64,000 nucleotides of DNA from Tubulanus polymorphus (Eukaryota > Animalia > Nemertea). Positions 22,456 to 35,100 of the stretch are shown in pieces. The stretch spans positions 5,176,600-5,240,599 of the forward strand of contig NC_134036.1 of the NCBI RefSeq assembly GCF_964204645.1, written 5' to 3'. The position numbers and the translations under genes are program-made. Below the pieces are notes generated by a model. It was given only the letters and a program-made list of their open reading frames with translations. It had not been told where the DNA came from and made no database searches. Numbering within the stretch: position 1 is the stretch's first letter; each line of letters opens with the position of its first letter.

Positions 22456-25400
22456 TCAAAGTTTGTTTTCGGCGACCAAGAGTTTAAAACGTTTTCTCAT
22501 TTCGACGACGAATGATCGCAGGCTGTTCGTCGTGTTCAGCTTGTCGACCAGTTCCTCCAGACCTACGACCTCGGGACAGCAATCCGATACTATAAGCGAA
22601 TAGAGAATGAAATATTGTAGCGTTAAAAATAGAGCCTTATATAATAAACGGATGAACGAGCCGAACACTTTCGACCGAAATAAAATATCTCGGTCTGAAA
22701 CCTAAAAACCCCTATTCATATAGCGGCTAACAGTGTGAGAGCCTGGATTAAATTTTTGAACGTATGCTGTTAAAATGTTTCTGTAGTTAATTTTCAATTA
22801 AAGTATTCGACCCATGCGAAGTGTGGTAGATCGGCTTTTGAAAAGACCGCTAATAAATTGTCTAATGTCTGGTGTTTGTAGTTTATTTTCGTTCAAAAAT
22901 GTCTGGCCACGAGAAGTCCATTACAGAAGTGTGTACGGTCAGTTTTTGAAGGTGTGCTGATAAAATGTCTAATTTCTGATGTTTGTAATTCGGTTTCAAT
23001 TAAAACTGGTATGAGCATGCTGAAGAAAAACGTCGAAGATCAAAACTGTAAGCGTGGTAATGTATGCGCCGAATATCACGCGGAGGGAGTTCAGCAGGGT
23101 TCAACTGGCAACGGATTGATATTCGCGTGAACATGAAATTAAAGTTTTATTTCTCATTAGAAATAATATCCGACCGCATACCTTCGTAACTGTTTTCACC
23201 GGTCAGACGCACGGAGAAGCAGAATCGTTTGTCGGGCGCCTTCTCGTCGACGTTCACGAACGCGAACTGAAGTTTTTCCCCTGAAAGGAGAACGTAAACG
23301 ATTACTACATCTGTAATCATTAGCATCGCGCTGCAGTATCCGATAACGGCATCTAATACAACGGGAAGAGGACAGCGCAATAATCGTCAATAGAATTACC
23401 GCGGACCACAGGCTGCGCGCCGAATAACCAGCTGCAGGTCAAAGGGCAAACGTTTTTAGAAGACCCCGAAGTTCACGCGGCCAGGCAATTAGAACCCGTA
23501 TCAAAACGATGGTTCTTCGCAAAATCTTTTAACAGGGTTTTTGCAAGAACCTACTTGAGCAGGCTCTTCAAAAAGAAAAACCGTAAAAGCCTTCCTCCGC
23601 AGGGGCAAGGCGGAAGAACCATTTTGTTGTCGGAGTGCGTATGCGCTCAAAAACTGGGTTGAGTACCGTCCCTAGATAATGATAACACTCGTAGTTGATA
23701 TTTTCGTCTGTCCCCTATAATTAGCGAAAGAAAGGAAACGCTTACCCGCTGTTTTCTGGATATCTAAGCCGAGATATTCGCGGTAGCATTGAACGCCGAT
23801 TTGCAGCTCTTTCAGTATGGCTTCCGTACAATCGAGCTGAGTCGAACAAACTGTCGTTTGCAAATATTCGAAAAAAGAGAGAAAAAGAGTACAAAATCGA
23901 AATGAACGCATATATTCGGCGCGGGACAATTCCCTAATCTGAGATAAGTATCATTCAAGTAGAATGACCACGCTCAAACGTGGAGGATAGATGATATAAT
24001 AAAAACCAACTATATATGTACAGATTTTAAAGCTCACACTAGAGGTCTTATCATAGTAATGTCATCATAAATCTTTCGATTAGGCCTAAATGAATTATTG
24101 GTGTTAGAACTTTTGAATCTGTATACGAAGCGGGTTTTTATCATACCATAAGGATCACCCTTAAGGATCATGATGGCTGTTAGTCAACAGCCGAACCGTT
24201 GTGGTTTTGTTTTAGTGAATTACACTGTGTCCAGTGTACACGGATTAGAATGTCTCATTCGACTACTAGAAGAATGATCCTTATAAATGAAGAAATCCCA
24301 CACTTCGAATTAAATTATAGGATGGAATTTATTATTTTGAAACCACAACGAGTGTTTATAACACAACCACCAATAGTGTTGATTCGACAACTAATCATCC
24401 TTATGTATCACTGTAACTTACGTTGCGTTTGCGCGCTGGTCTCCTGTTCGGTGTCGATCAGTTCGTTGGCGAGCTGTTCTTTTTTCATCAACAACTGATC
24501 GGTCTCGCGTCGCACGGCGTCGATGCCCGACTTCAGATCCTCCAGACACTTCGACTTCGCCGTCAAGACTGCACAGCAGCGTCGAAAAATACCAGAGAAC
24601 TATCTCAAGTTTTGTGATGCAAATCGTATGGTAAGGTAAAGCATTTACAATTTTTCACCACTTTCGCTCGGGAAAGACTAGAAATCTTTCCCGGACATCC
24701 CGGCACCCGCCAGGGTTCTTACAGATAAGAGATTTCAAGATTTCCTGATATTTCCGTGATTTTCACTGACCCTTGGACAACAAAAATTCCCTGTTTAAGT
24801 AATACAAATTGTATTAAACATATACCCTCAGTCCTGGACTGTTTCTTAATACATGTATTAAGACTAGAGTTTCAAATTCCAAAAGTGTCGGAAAAATGAA
24901 TCCGGAATTCCTCCAAATTTTCCAGAGCCCTGATATGTTGAACATTTTCCGACATTTGCCTCCGACAAAGATGCATTTGGCCCGTGAGATATGAGGCCAG
25001 GGAAGCTGCCGTAGCCATATACACAGCTATTAGCGGAACCGGCTTAATACATCGAACTTCAAACCCGAAAATACATAGGCTTATTGTTCTTTTTAACCGA
25101 TATTCCATCATTAGAATTGACTTTTTTGAAGAAATTATCAATTTGTTACAACCGATAAATTGTTATTTAACTGAGGTTGTATCAACAAGGTTCCACTGTA
25201 TTGCCTTGGAGATTCAAATGATTACTCCAAAGTATTGTACGCTAACAATCGGTAGGCCTTAATGCATGAAATAATACACACTGTACCTTCTTTATGTTGC
25301 GTGGCTTTCTCCGAATACTGATTCAGACTGGCCTGTAGCGCGGCAAGATCCTCTGAAAATTTAAATGCACAGTCACAAATCAGGGACAGGTCCTATCACC

Positions 25401-26165
25401 AAACCCACCCCCCCCCCCTTATTTTTTGGCCAAGATAACTTTTCCACATTCTGGCTGGAGAAAGTTACACACTTGGATAATTATTGCCGGTCATTTTGTC
25501 CTCAACACAGTAGATCGCTCATAAAACACCCGATTTCTCAAAGGCCCAAAAAATCGAATATCCCGATTACAATAGACTCCTCCTGAATTGGTGGTTTTGA
25601 AAGCTAACTTTTATCCTTCACGCATAAACTCGGTTTCTAGTTCGGTAACCGCCTGATCGGGTGAAAACAAATCCCAACCGTACTGATTTAGGCATAGTCT
25701 ACTGGACCCAGTTCCACAGTTGTTAGTTAAGATTTGACTCTGAGGTTAAAACATTGAAAATGAACAAGTTTTTCAACTCAGAGTTAACTCTAACTCGGAA
25801 CTGCGGAACTGGATCCCGTACAACTACAAACTAGGCAACTGTTTCTCAAAACTGAAGGAGTTCCGCCGTTTAGAAAGAGTTTTCGAGGAATCGAGCTGTC
25901 GTCGTTAGCGAGCCCGGCGAAACGAACCTTTATTGCGGCGCATTCTCTCTTCGTGAGCTTGTTTCTCTTGTTCAAGTTGTCTAACGAATTCGGCTCCCTG
26001 CGTTTTTATGACGATCTCTCGAATATTCTGTAAATTCGTCGACATTTCCGCCGCCTCGCTCTCCAGGTCGACGACGCGATGAGTCTGTAGCTGCTGCAGC
26101 AGCTGCTGCGGGTCGCGCGCGTCGCCTTGCGCTAGTAACTGATCTGCAAGATCTTGGTCGCCCAT
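22456..26165 (-). CDS. SPC25: Kinetochore protein Spc25 (NDC80 complex), 262 aa
   Basis: Six coding exons 26165-25928, 25352-25287, 24568-24422, 23850-23746, 23280-23182, 22589-22456, all phase-1 GT-AG joins. Coiled-coil N-terminal half, then YLGLDIQKTAGEKLQFAFVNVDEKAPDKRFCFSVRL...YEVSDCCP...TNSLRSFVVEMRKRF, matching the Spc25 RWD domain. Probable non-coding exon ending at 26729. Confidence 0.93.
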
Positions 26166-26779
26166 ATCTAGTTGTTTTTCACCGACGGTTCTGAATATAA
26201 CAATTGGGAGAATCAGTACGTTTATTTGAAATTCATCGAAGTCACTCGTCGTAGCGGTTTAACTCGTTCAGAGCGTCTACACCGCAATGCGATGTATATT
26301 TCAATGATAGACATTGCTAAACACACTGCATTGCGATATATCAATGTAATCATTAATAATTTTTTAACCGTTTGAAATATGAATGGCAGCACCTGTCATG
26401 ACATAGAGCAGGCCTAAAACTAAGGCTAAGTGAAACATTAGTAACTAACAATACACCGCACTGCAGTGTAGATGCACAGTAGGTCGACTACAGGCTACAC
26501 TAGGATTGTGGAGTGATGGAGATCTCTGCGGAAACAACCACTGCTAGGTAGGACTGGGACTGGGTGAATAACTAACATGATGATGAAATTAAAATTATAA
26601 ATAACCATTTGGGGGTCGATAATATTAATAGTCGGTTCGGTGGCCTCTGAGCCTCGAATCTCTGGGTAAACAACCTTTTCCGATACGAACTATATAACCT
26701 TCCAACAATGCATAATGACATTAATTACCTGTCAATTCCGAAACGAGCCGTGATCGCTGGGAAAACGATCGAAACAATG

Positions 26780-27120
26780 TCAAAATTCCGGCCAAAATTT
26801 CGAAAATCTCCGCCGCTCGACGACCTTGAATCGATCGCGCTGTTCTATTCGTTGCGTCACGTCATAACCGCGTAATTAGTAAATCAGCATAATCAATAAA
26901 AATTTCCTTTCATGTTACCTTTTTATTAAACTTATTCTTCAGTATTCATTCTTAATCGAAATATATTTGTTCCGTTGATCAATAAACAATTCAATTAACT
27001 TGATTGTGACTCTGCTGACTGGCGTTGAATAACCAGGGACGCTGTGTATTTTACTTCCGGGTTACGTCGTTCGAAAAAACCTGAAAAATGACGGAAAATT
27101 GACGCTTTTTCCGGTAGAAA
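26780..27120. promoter_or_regulatory. Probable bidirectional promoter between SPC25 and DYM
   Basis: Divergent non-coding first-exon donors at 26729 (-) and ~27184 (+); contains tgcgtcacgtca (CRE-like) and acttccgg (ETS-like). Confidence 0.6.
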
Positions 27121-27655
27121 TACGTCAGAGATCGCGATAATAAAGATTACTGGATTCTCAGTGGATAGAGCTTTTATTTGATAGGTAATTAGGCCTGTTT
27201 TGAGGAGCCCTTTGCCACTGACATCCAGTTGGATCGGTGAAAAAACTGCCGACAAAATGTCACAAAATCTCGACTCGATCGACGATACGAACGAGCATCC
27301 GAGCCTAGCCCAAAAAGCCTGATGTCTATTTCAACTTGATTTGAGAGCACATCAGGTGGTTTAGCTCGGTCAGTTTTGATGGTATATACCTGATAAAAGT
27401 CGGCCTAAAAGTCTTATTAGGACCATAAATATAAAACACTTCTTTTTAGTTAGGTGTTAGGCCTTCTTAGAACCAGTTACTGTCTACTCTAGTGTCTGTC
27501 ACACCTACCTGCTCTTCGTGCGACGTTTTGGTCCGTAATTTCGTTAATAATCAGTTGATCTGTAAATATTATGCATCAATTTGTTCAGTAAGGAATTTGC
27601 ATTCAGAAATAAATCATGAACTGGCATAAATTTGTGTTACCATCTAGGCCCTATC

Positions 27656-27841
27656 AGCGATAGTTAACCTAGCATACGCTCGCGTAATGCTGAAAAACGG
27701 TTTTTATGGCCCGTCACGTGGCGCCACCTACTGTATTTTGATATGCTAATGAGCAGGTGATGACGTCACTGTAACGTTTCCGAGCGTCCGCGGAGCGGAT
27801 TTTTCAGCATTACACGAGCGTATGCTGAGTAAACTATCGCT
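27656..27841. mobile_element. Palindromic MITE-like element
   Basis: ~40-bp terminal inverted repeats agcgatagttaacctagcatacgctcgcgtaatgctgaaaaa / tttttcagcattacacgagcgtatgctgagtaaactatcgct. Confidence 0.75.
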
Positions 27842-28140
27842 CATAAATAAAAACGAAGACAACGTTAGTAAAAATTATTGTTTATTTCTGAATGAAAATT
27901 CCTCACCGAACAAATTGATGCGTAATAAAGGTAGATAAACCGATTATTAACGAATTTACGGACCAAAACATCGCACGGAGAGCAGGTGTGACAGACAGTA
28001 GTTAAATTAGTGCCGATCTCTAGAAGTGTATCCATGCACTTATAATAATAATGATGCCTCAGGCGTATACCCACCATTGGGTTTATGAAAAAAGTCTCGG
28101 CCCACTTGATCGTGAAAGTGTAACATAAGGTAAAAGGTAA

Positions 28141-29028
28141 AAGTAAACATAAGGTCTTTGCATCATAAATGAAGAAAAAGTAAACATAAGGTCTTTGCGT
28201 CATGAATGAAGAAAAAGAAAACATAAGGTCTTTGCATCATAAATGAAAAAAAAGTAAACATAAGGTCTTTGCATCATAAATGAAGAAAAAGTAAACATAA
28301 GGTCTTTGCATCATAAATGAAGAAAAAGTAAACATAAGGACTTTGCATCATAAATGAAGAAAAAGTAAACATAAGGTCTTAGCGTCATAAATGAGGAAAA
28401 AGTAAACATAAGGTCTTTGCATCATAAATGAAGAAAAAGTAAACATAAGGTCTTTGCATCATAAATGAAGAAAAAGTAAACATAAGGTCTTTGCATCATA
28501 AATGAAGAAAAAGTAAACATAAGGTCTTTGCATCATAAATGAAGAAAAAGTAAACATAAGGTCTTTGCATCATAAATGAAGAAAAAGTAAACATAAGGTC
28601 TTAGCGTCATAAATGAGGAAAAAGTAAACATAAGGTCTTTGCATCATAAATGAAGAAAAAGTAAACATAAGGTCTTTGCATCATAAATGAAGAAAAAGTA
28701 AACATAAGGTCTTTGCATCATAAATGAAGAAAAAGTAAACATAAGGTCTTTGCGTCATGAATGAAGAAAAAGAAAACATAAGGTCTTTGCATCATAAATG
28801 AAGAAAAAGTAAACATAAGGTCTTTGCATCATAAATGTAGAAAAAGTAAACATAAGGTCTTTGCATCATAAATGAAGAAAAAGTAAACATAAGGTCTTTG
28901 CATCATAAATGTAGAAAAAGTAAACATAAGGTCTTTGCATCATAAATGAAGAAAAAGTAAACATAAGGTCTTTGCATCATAAATGAAGAAAAATTAAATA
29001 TAAGGTCTTTGCGTCATAAATGAAGAAA
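28141..29028 (+). repeat. 37-bp minisatellite, ~24 near-identical copies, in the DYM 5'UTR intron
   Basis: Unit aaacataaggtctttgcatcataaatgaagaaaaagt; variant units recur at 222 bp (6 units) and 555 bp (15 units). Confidence 0.97.
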
Positions 29029-29103
29029 CATCTTTTCTGATTTCTATAGGCTTAGCGTATTTTTCAGGCGTTGTATTCGAAGCGAAAGAAAGTGATCGAG
29101 ATC

Positions 29104-32100
29104 ATGGGTGTTAACAGCAGCAGCATCAGCGAACTACAGGACAACGAATACCTGAAACGTTTGTGCGGCGTAGAATCGATTTGTCCAAACGACCCGTTCT
29201 GGAATCAGTTGCTGTCGTTCCAGTTTCAACCGCCGAATGATGTGTAAGTTTGAACACCGTGTCCCCTGTAACCTACCCTTGGTCACCTGCTTAAAATCAG
29301 TGTCAAGGTTATACCTAGAGCTATTCAAGGGTGGGGTCTACCCATCTTCACCCCCGTCAAGAGATTCGAACCCGCACAAGTAATGAAATCACGCGTCGTG
29401 AGGCCCGGGGGCTGGTGGAAGCGAGTTTGGGGAGCGATACCAGACCCCTGGCGAGGGAGGTTGGGGTATTCCGTATAAGATACGCATTATTTTTCATAGA
29501 AATCCATGATTTTCTGTTAGGTATTCAGATTTTAATAGTACCGTGACTACATACTACGATAGGCCTAATTATTGCTGAGACTAATTTTCGAATTGTTTTA
29601 TCTGGATCAGATCCAAGATACTAGTTCACTAATTACAGCTCTCAAAGTCTACTGATTATGAGAATGCCTGGAAAATGGAGATTTCAGGATTTGTGGCTTA
29701 AACATGACGATTACCGGGTATAAGTCCCGGAATGTCATGACACTACATGAGATTGGTGATAGACACTATCAACCTTGAAATAGCCCCTTCCCCCGCCCCC
29801 ACTATTCGAAAAGAGCTACCTCAGCGAATGGGCTATTGAGCACCCATCTATGTAACTCCATTCAAATATTGCCGAAAAATTCCTCAAAAACTGATTAAAT
29901 TTGTGACTGGTGTTTTGTTTATTCGTTTTCACCCTTAGATCCGACATGCGTTTGCTGGAAGAGTCGACAATGGGAATTTGCAAGAATTTCGCGATCAACA
30001 ACTGTCGCACGGGTAACTTCGGCTCGCTGGTGCGAGTGTTCCTGCGTCGCGCCGCCGAACTGAAAGCTTCCGCGCAAACTGAAGAGTAAGTCTTAAAAAA
30101 ACCCGATCAAACCTTGCGGCAATCGATGTTCGACGCGGTAGGCCTATATGTTCCAAAGAATGGGGAAATTCGAACAAACTTTGGAATCTTGAAATAATAA
30201 TTCCTAGTATGGAAATATTTGGGAATTCGTGAAATTTTTCTCATATGAGGGAAATGTTTGGGAAATTCATTCATAAATTTTGCGTATTGCATTTGTAGAG
30301 CTGCCAACTGTTTAGAAGTTGTTTTAGAAGTTGGCAGCGCTGCATTTGCCGGGTACAACTTTCTTCAGCGGTTTCCCTTGAAAATCACTGTCATCGACCA
30401 CTCACCATTGAAATGTTGACTGTAGTGTGATGATATATGTCCATTTTTATGAAGGCCCCATTTTCCATTTGAGAAAATGGAGAAGTCATCCGTGAAATAC
30501 TTTGGAAAAACTTTGAAATTTTTAAAACTCATCTAACTGTGGGAACCATCCACCCGGGGTTCATATTTCGTTTTCTCTTTCTCGTTTAGTAACGTGTTCG
30601 TCTGGCAAACGTACAACGCTTTGTTCATCATTCGCAACATTTGCAAATATTTCATCGAGAACCTGTCGGAGGAGGTGATACTCGACGAGTTCGAAACTAG
30701 ACCCAGTCAATTAGCGGCGCCTGCTAGTAATACGTCAGCTAACGCCGATGGTACGTGTATAATCCGCATATATAGAACTGTATATATCTGTGTATTAATA
30801 CGAAACTACTACGTACCAAATAGTGTCGCCGTGGAGAAGAATTGGGCGTTGAAATTCGGCATGGTAGTCGATCATTGCATTTCATCTTATTTGTCGAATT
30901 AAACACTCTAATCTTTGTATACAGTAGATGATACTGAAGAAAAACCACAATTCGAATTTTATATGAAATAGTTTATTGAAACGAAACTAGATAGTTTCGT
31001 TTCAATGGATTATTTCATGTTAAATTCGAATTACGGGACTTCTTCGATTATCAATAGTATGACCTGATGCAACAGCTGTAACCAGGTGTGAAAATATTCG
31101 TAGGCGGGCCAAGCGGCGGCGGCAGAATTTCAGCCAATCAGTGATCAGTGATTCTGATTATAGACTTTCACTGCATCGATACAGTTTTACAGTGCTACAC
31201 TACCCATGCAGTCACAATGGCCCGGTTAGTAGAGCACAAGACTTGTGCACCTGATGGATCAGAAGTTAGCGAGGAGCGAGGTCGATGGATCAAGTCCGGC
31301 TTAGCTATGTACATCGCGGGACTTTGCTATACATTCCTCTCTCTCTCATCGATTCAAACCTAATGGCATCGCGAGACTCTGCTTCTTCCCTTCCTCGCAG
31401 GGATTCGAACCTGATGGCATCGCGAGACTCTGCCACGTTCCTCCCTCGGAGGGATTCGAACCTGATGGCATCACGGATCTGGTCTATAGTTTCTAATCTT
31501 TGATTTTCTATTCTGATTGCTTAAACAGGCGCTGGCTCGGTGAAGTTGGTCGCAGATTCAGCCGAAGGTGACGAGGAAACTCTCGCCGACGAGTTCATGA
31601 GTTGTTTAATCGAATTATTGGTCGACGTTCCCGTCGTGTAAGTAGATCGTACCTTTAAAAAACTTCATCCTTAACCGGTTCGGTGTATATACACCTGCCT
31701 TGACGGCTAAAGAAACCCAAAACAGAGCAGTAACCGATAGTCAAAACTGATTCTTCTTATAGGCCTATTATGCTGTAACGAAAACTTCGTGAGGCATTAA
31801 CAAAATGCTTGTCAGTCCCGCAGGGCTGCCAACTGTCCCTGATTGTCAAGAGCAGTCCCTGAAAATGCCTCACTGCTATGCTGTTGAAACTTGCTGTCCC
31901 TGAAAATATTTTCAACGGTCCCGCTGCAAATGTGGCTATTTTCCTCACAGTATTCCTGAAAAATCATATTTCTGTCTGATGTTGCAGTAGTTGAAAAGTT
32001 TTCGGTCTCAAGTGAAAAATTCTACATTGAATTTATATCGGATATAACAATGACATTTTCCTGAAATGACACTTTCCCAAACTTTCTCGGGGGCTAACTG

Positions 32101-35100
32101 TCGCCTGTACCCCGCTATGTATGGCTCTGTTCACAACGGTGACGTGTGTCGCCATCTTTCAATAGAGATAATAACTGTTCGATATTTACAGGGATACATG
32201 ACAGTTTACTGTGTATTGAATTCTATCACCGCACTGCGAATAGGCGATCGATTATTTAGATTGTTTACGCTCGTGTCGACGATATTTTTATTTTTAGGGG
32301 GTTTACGTACAGTCTACACCTGGAATCGTTGAACACGTTGTTCGTGTTGTTGTCGCTGCAGATGTTCACCACTCAGCCGGCGTGCACGTCGACGCTATAT
32401 CGGTTCATCATGCAGGGAAAGTGGTAAGTGTAAGATCGACGCTGAGAAAAGTACTCGTCCCGTTTGTACGCGATAACCTTCCTTGGCAAAAATTTGAATC
32501 CTATAGGCCACAGTACGAAACCCCGCCTGAGTAGCCCATGTTCGCGATCAGATCGCCTGTTGTATAATCGCTGAAGCAAATTTCAGTTCTAAGTCCTATT
32601 TGCGTAAAGTAAAGTGGCCAATTTAGACCTCCTCACTCAATGATATACATGAACAGCGATGGATCCTGTAGTTTTCAAAGTGCGGAGTTCAGATGAAGAT
32701 AGAAGGCGCTTTCTATGTACATCAAACGGGGTATTTAGAAAATTGACAGCTGACCTAAGAATCTCGTTAACGGTACAAAATCGACGATAATGAATTACCG
32801 ATGATTTCATCCGATTTCAATAACGGTTTAAATAAAAACTATGATGATGTTATACAAAATTTGATTATAGCAACCTACTGAACCAACTCTCGCAATTCTC
32901 TCTCTCTCTTTACAGTTCGATTCACGCGTGTTTGTTGATGAAGACTTTGCTGCAGAATTACATCAAACAAGAGAAATGCCCCGAGCAATTGAGTAAACCC
33001 GGCGGTTCGAGCATGCTGTATAACGCTACAGTGGCCGTCGCCTGTAAGTACATTCCTTCATAAATCAGCGCAATGAATATAGCATATATGGGTAGGTCAA
33101 GGCTGGTGGTAGGAGCATTTGATACTTGATGCCAGGTTAGGGATCATTCATTTATTGGAATTTTTTTAGATTTTCCCTATACGTTTAGCATCGGATTACG
33201 CAATTGGGCCCAATCTTGCCCTCCCCTAATGCATGTGTAATAGATGAATGACCCCTTAAGACTTTGGTCGATAAAGAATTGAATAGAGCCTTCGTAACCC
33301 TTTCAGTACAGTGCTGGCCATTCCCCCTCCCCCTGTATTAGTGAACTGGAAATTTTGAGTAATTTAACTAAAACTCCTAAAAATAAACAGGAGGTAGCTG
33401 AAATACTGAGGACATAAATTTTTTGGGTGTTGGGATAAATGGCGTATCTGTATTATGAAATACAAAAAAAAAAATGAAAAGAAATGTGACTTCACCAAAT
33501 CATTTGAACTCTGGGGGTAGCCGCTTGAACAGTTAAGTGCATCTACACTGCAGTGCGGTGTATAAATCGGTGTTCTGCGGCCAATTGCCAATTATTGACA
33601 GGTTCTTCTGATATGCGGCGAATTTACTTCAATTTCTTCAAAAACACGGTGTTCAAAAAAAAGTCTAAGTTTATAAGCTTAAAAGTTACTAATTATCAAA
33701 ATTATTAAACCTTTCACTTCCAACGCCACTGGTGTTTGACTTTGCTAGTACACTGCATGACAGTGTATCGATGATATCAGTAATTATAGTTTTCATCTCT
33801 ATTGAAAGATGGAAGCACCTGTCAAACGGTGAAATATTAGTAACAAACGATATACTGCACCGCGTTGTAGACACACTATAGCAGGAAGGTGTTCCTTATA
33901 ATAAGGATGTCGCTACTGAGGGAGTTTAAACCGTATTACGTTCAGTGCTTTCAAGAATTGTATTCGATTTATTTCCTGCAGCCGGTCTGTGGACGGTGGT
34001 GACGTTAGGTCTGGCAAAAGGCCAAGAAGCGCCAAGCGAGGAGACGCCGGCGGCAGACGCGCCGCTGTTAGCCAATCAGAGCTTGTTATTGATGTTGATA
34101 TTGACGAATCACTGCACGAGCGGACAGTCGGTTCACAATCCGTACAGACAGGCGCTGTTCTCATTCACTAACTCACAAGGTAAGTTTTCTTTTTAAGTCA
34201 AACTAAAATTCTTTTGAAATTGTTACCCTGGGTTGACTCTGAAGTTTTTTGGATGCGGGCAATCTGAATTGCGGGAGCCACCCCTTTCTCCGGTGGGTGG
34301 CTATGGGTGAAGTTTTTCGATTATGGCATGAATGAATCCTAAATCATGACTATTGGAGCCAACTCCTCATGAAGTGGATTACCTTGTATTGACTTAGCCG
34401 TTTTGGATCTGGGCAATCAGAAAAAATCAGAGTTGCCCTTTCTCTAGTGGGTGACTCGGCGTGCACTTATTTTTTGCATGATTTGAACCGAAATCGTGGA
34501 ATTTGGAGCCATCCCTTTATGAATTGGATAACTCATTTGGTGCATCCCCATATCGAGGGATGACTCCTGGTGGACTTAGTTTTTAGCAGCCTATATTCCT
34601 GTCGTACAAACACTTTGAGATCGTCTACACTGCAGTGCGGTGTATAAATCGATGATAGACTTAGCTGGTACACCGCAGTGTGGTTTTACGTTTAAACTTT
34701 TCTACTTATTATCCTTATGGAAAGATGGCAGCACTGTCTGTTGTTAAACATTTGAAATATTAGTGACTAACGATGATACACCTTTAGGCGTATGCTCATT
34801 ATACTTTCAAAATTTTCAAATCATCTCCGTCACTTGGTTAGCGTCGGAAATGGTCAGCGCTGAAGCAGTTAACCCTTTCAGTGCTGTTGTAATTAATACA
34901 CTCACTCGAAAGTGCTTGAGATGAGTTGAAAATGTGAAAAAAAATTCCACACCAGTCGTTGAATAATGGGCATACCACTATAATGCCACGGTGTATTGTT
35001 ATTCCACTATGTTTAACAGGTGCTGCCATCTTTGAAAATTGATAAGAACTTATTACCTTGAACACCAATGCACCGCCACAGGTGAACTAGCAAAGTCCAT

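Noticed and set aside
28141-29028. 37-bp repeats as a CRISPR array
   Set aside because: Units are contiguous with no unique spacers, there are no cas genes, and the context is a eukaryotic intron.
31215-31480. tRNA gene
   Set aside because: Only B-box-like fragments in tandem; no complete cloverleaf could be folded, so SINE-derived is more likely.
32192-32297. Extra DYM exon starting at ttacag|GGATAC
   Set aside because: Using this acceptor does not keep the dymeclin frame; the acceptor at 32297 gives the expected homologous sequence.
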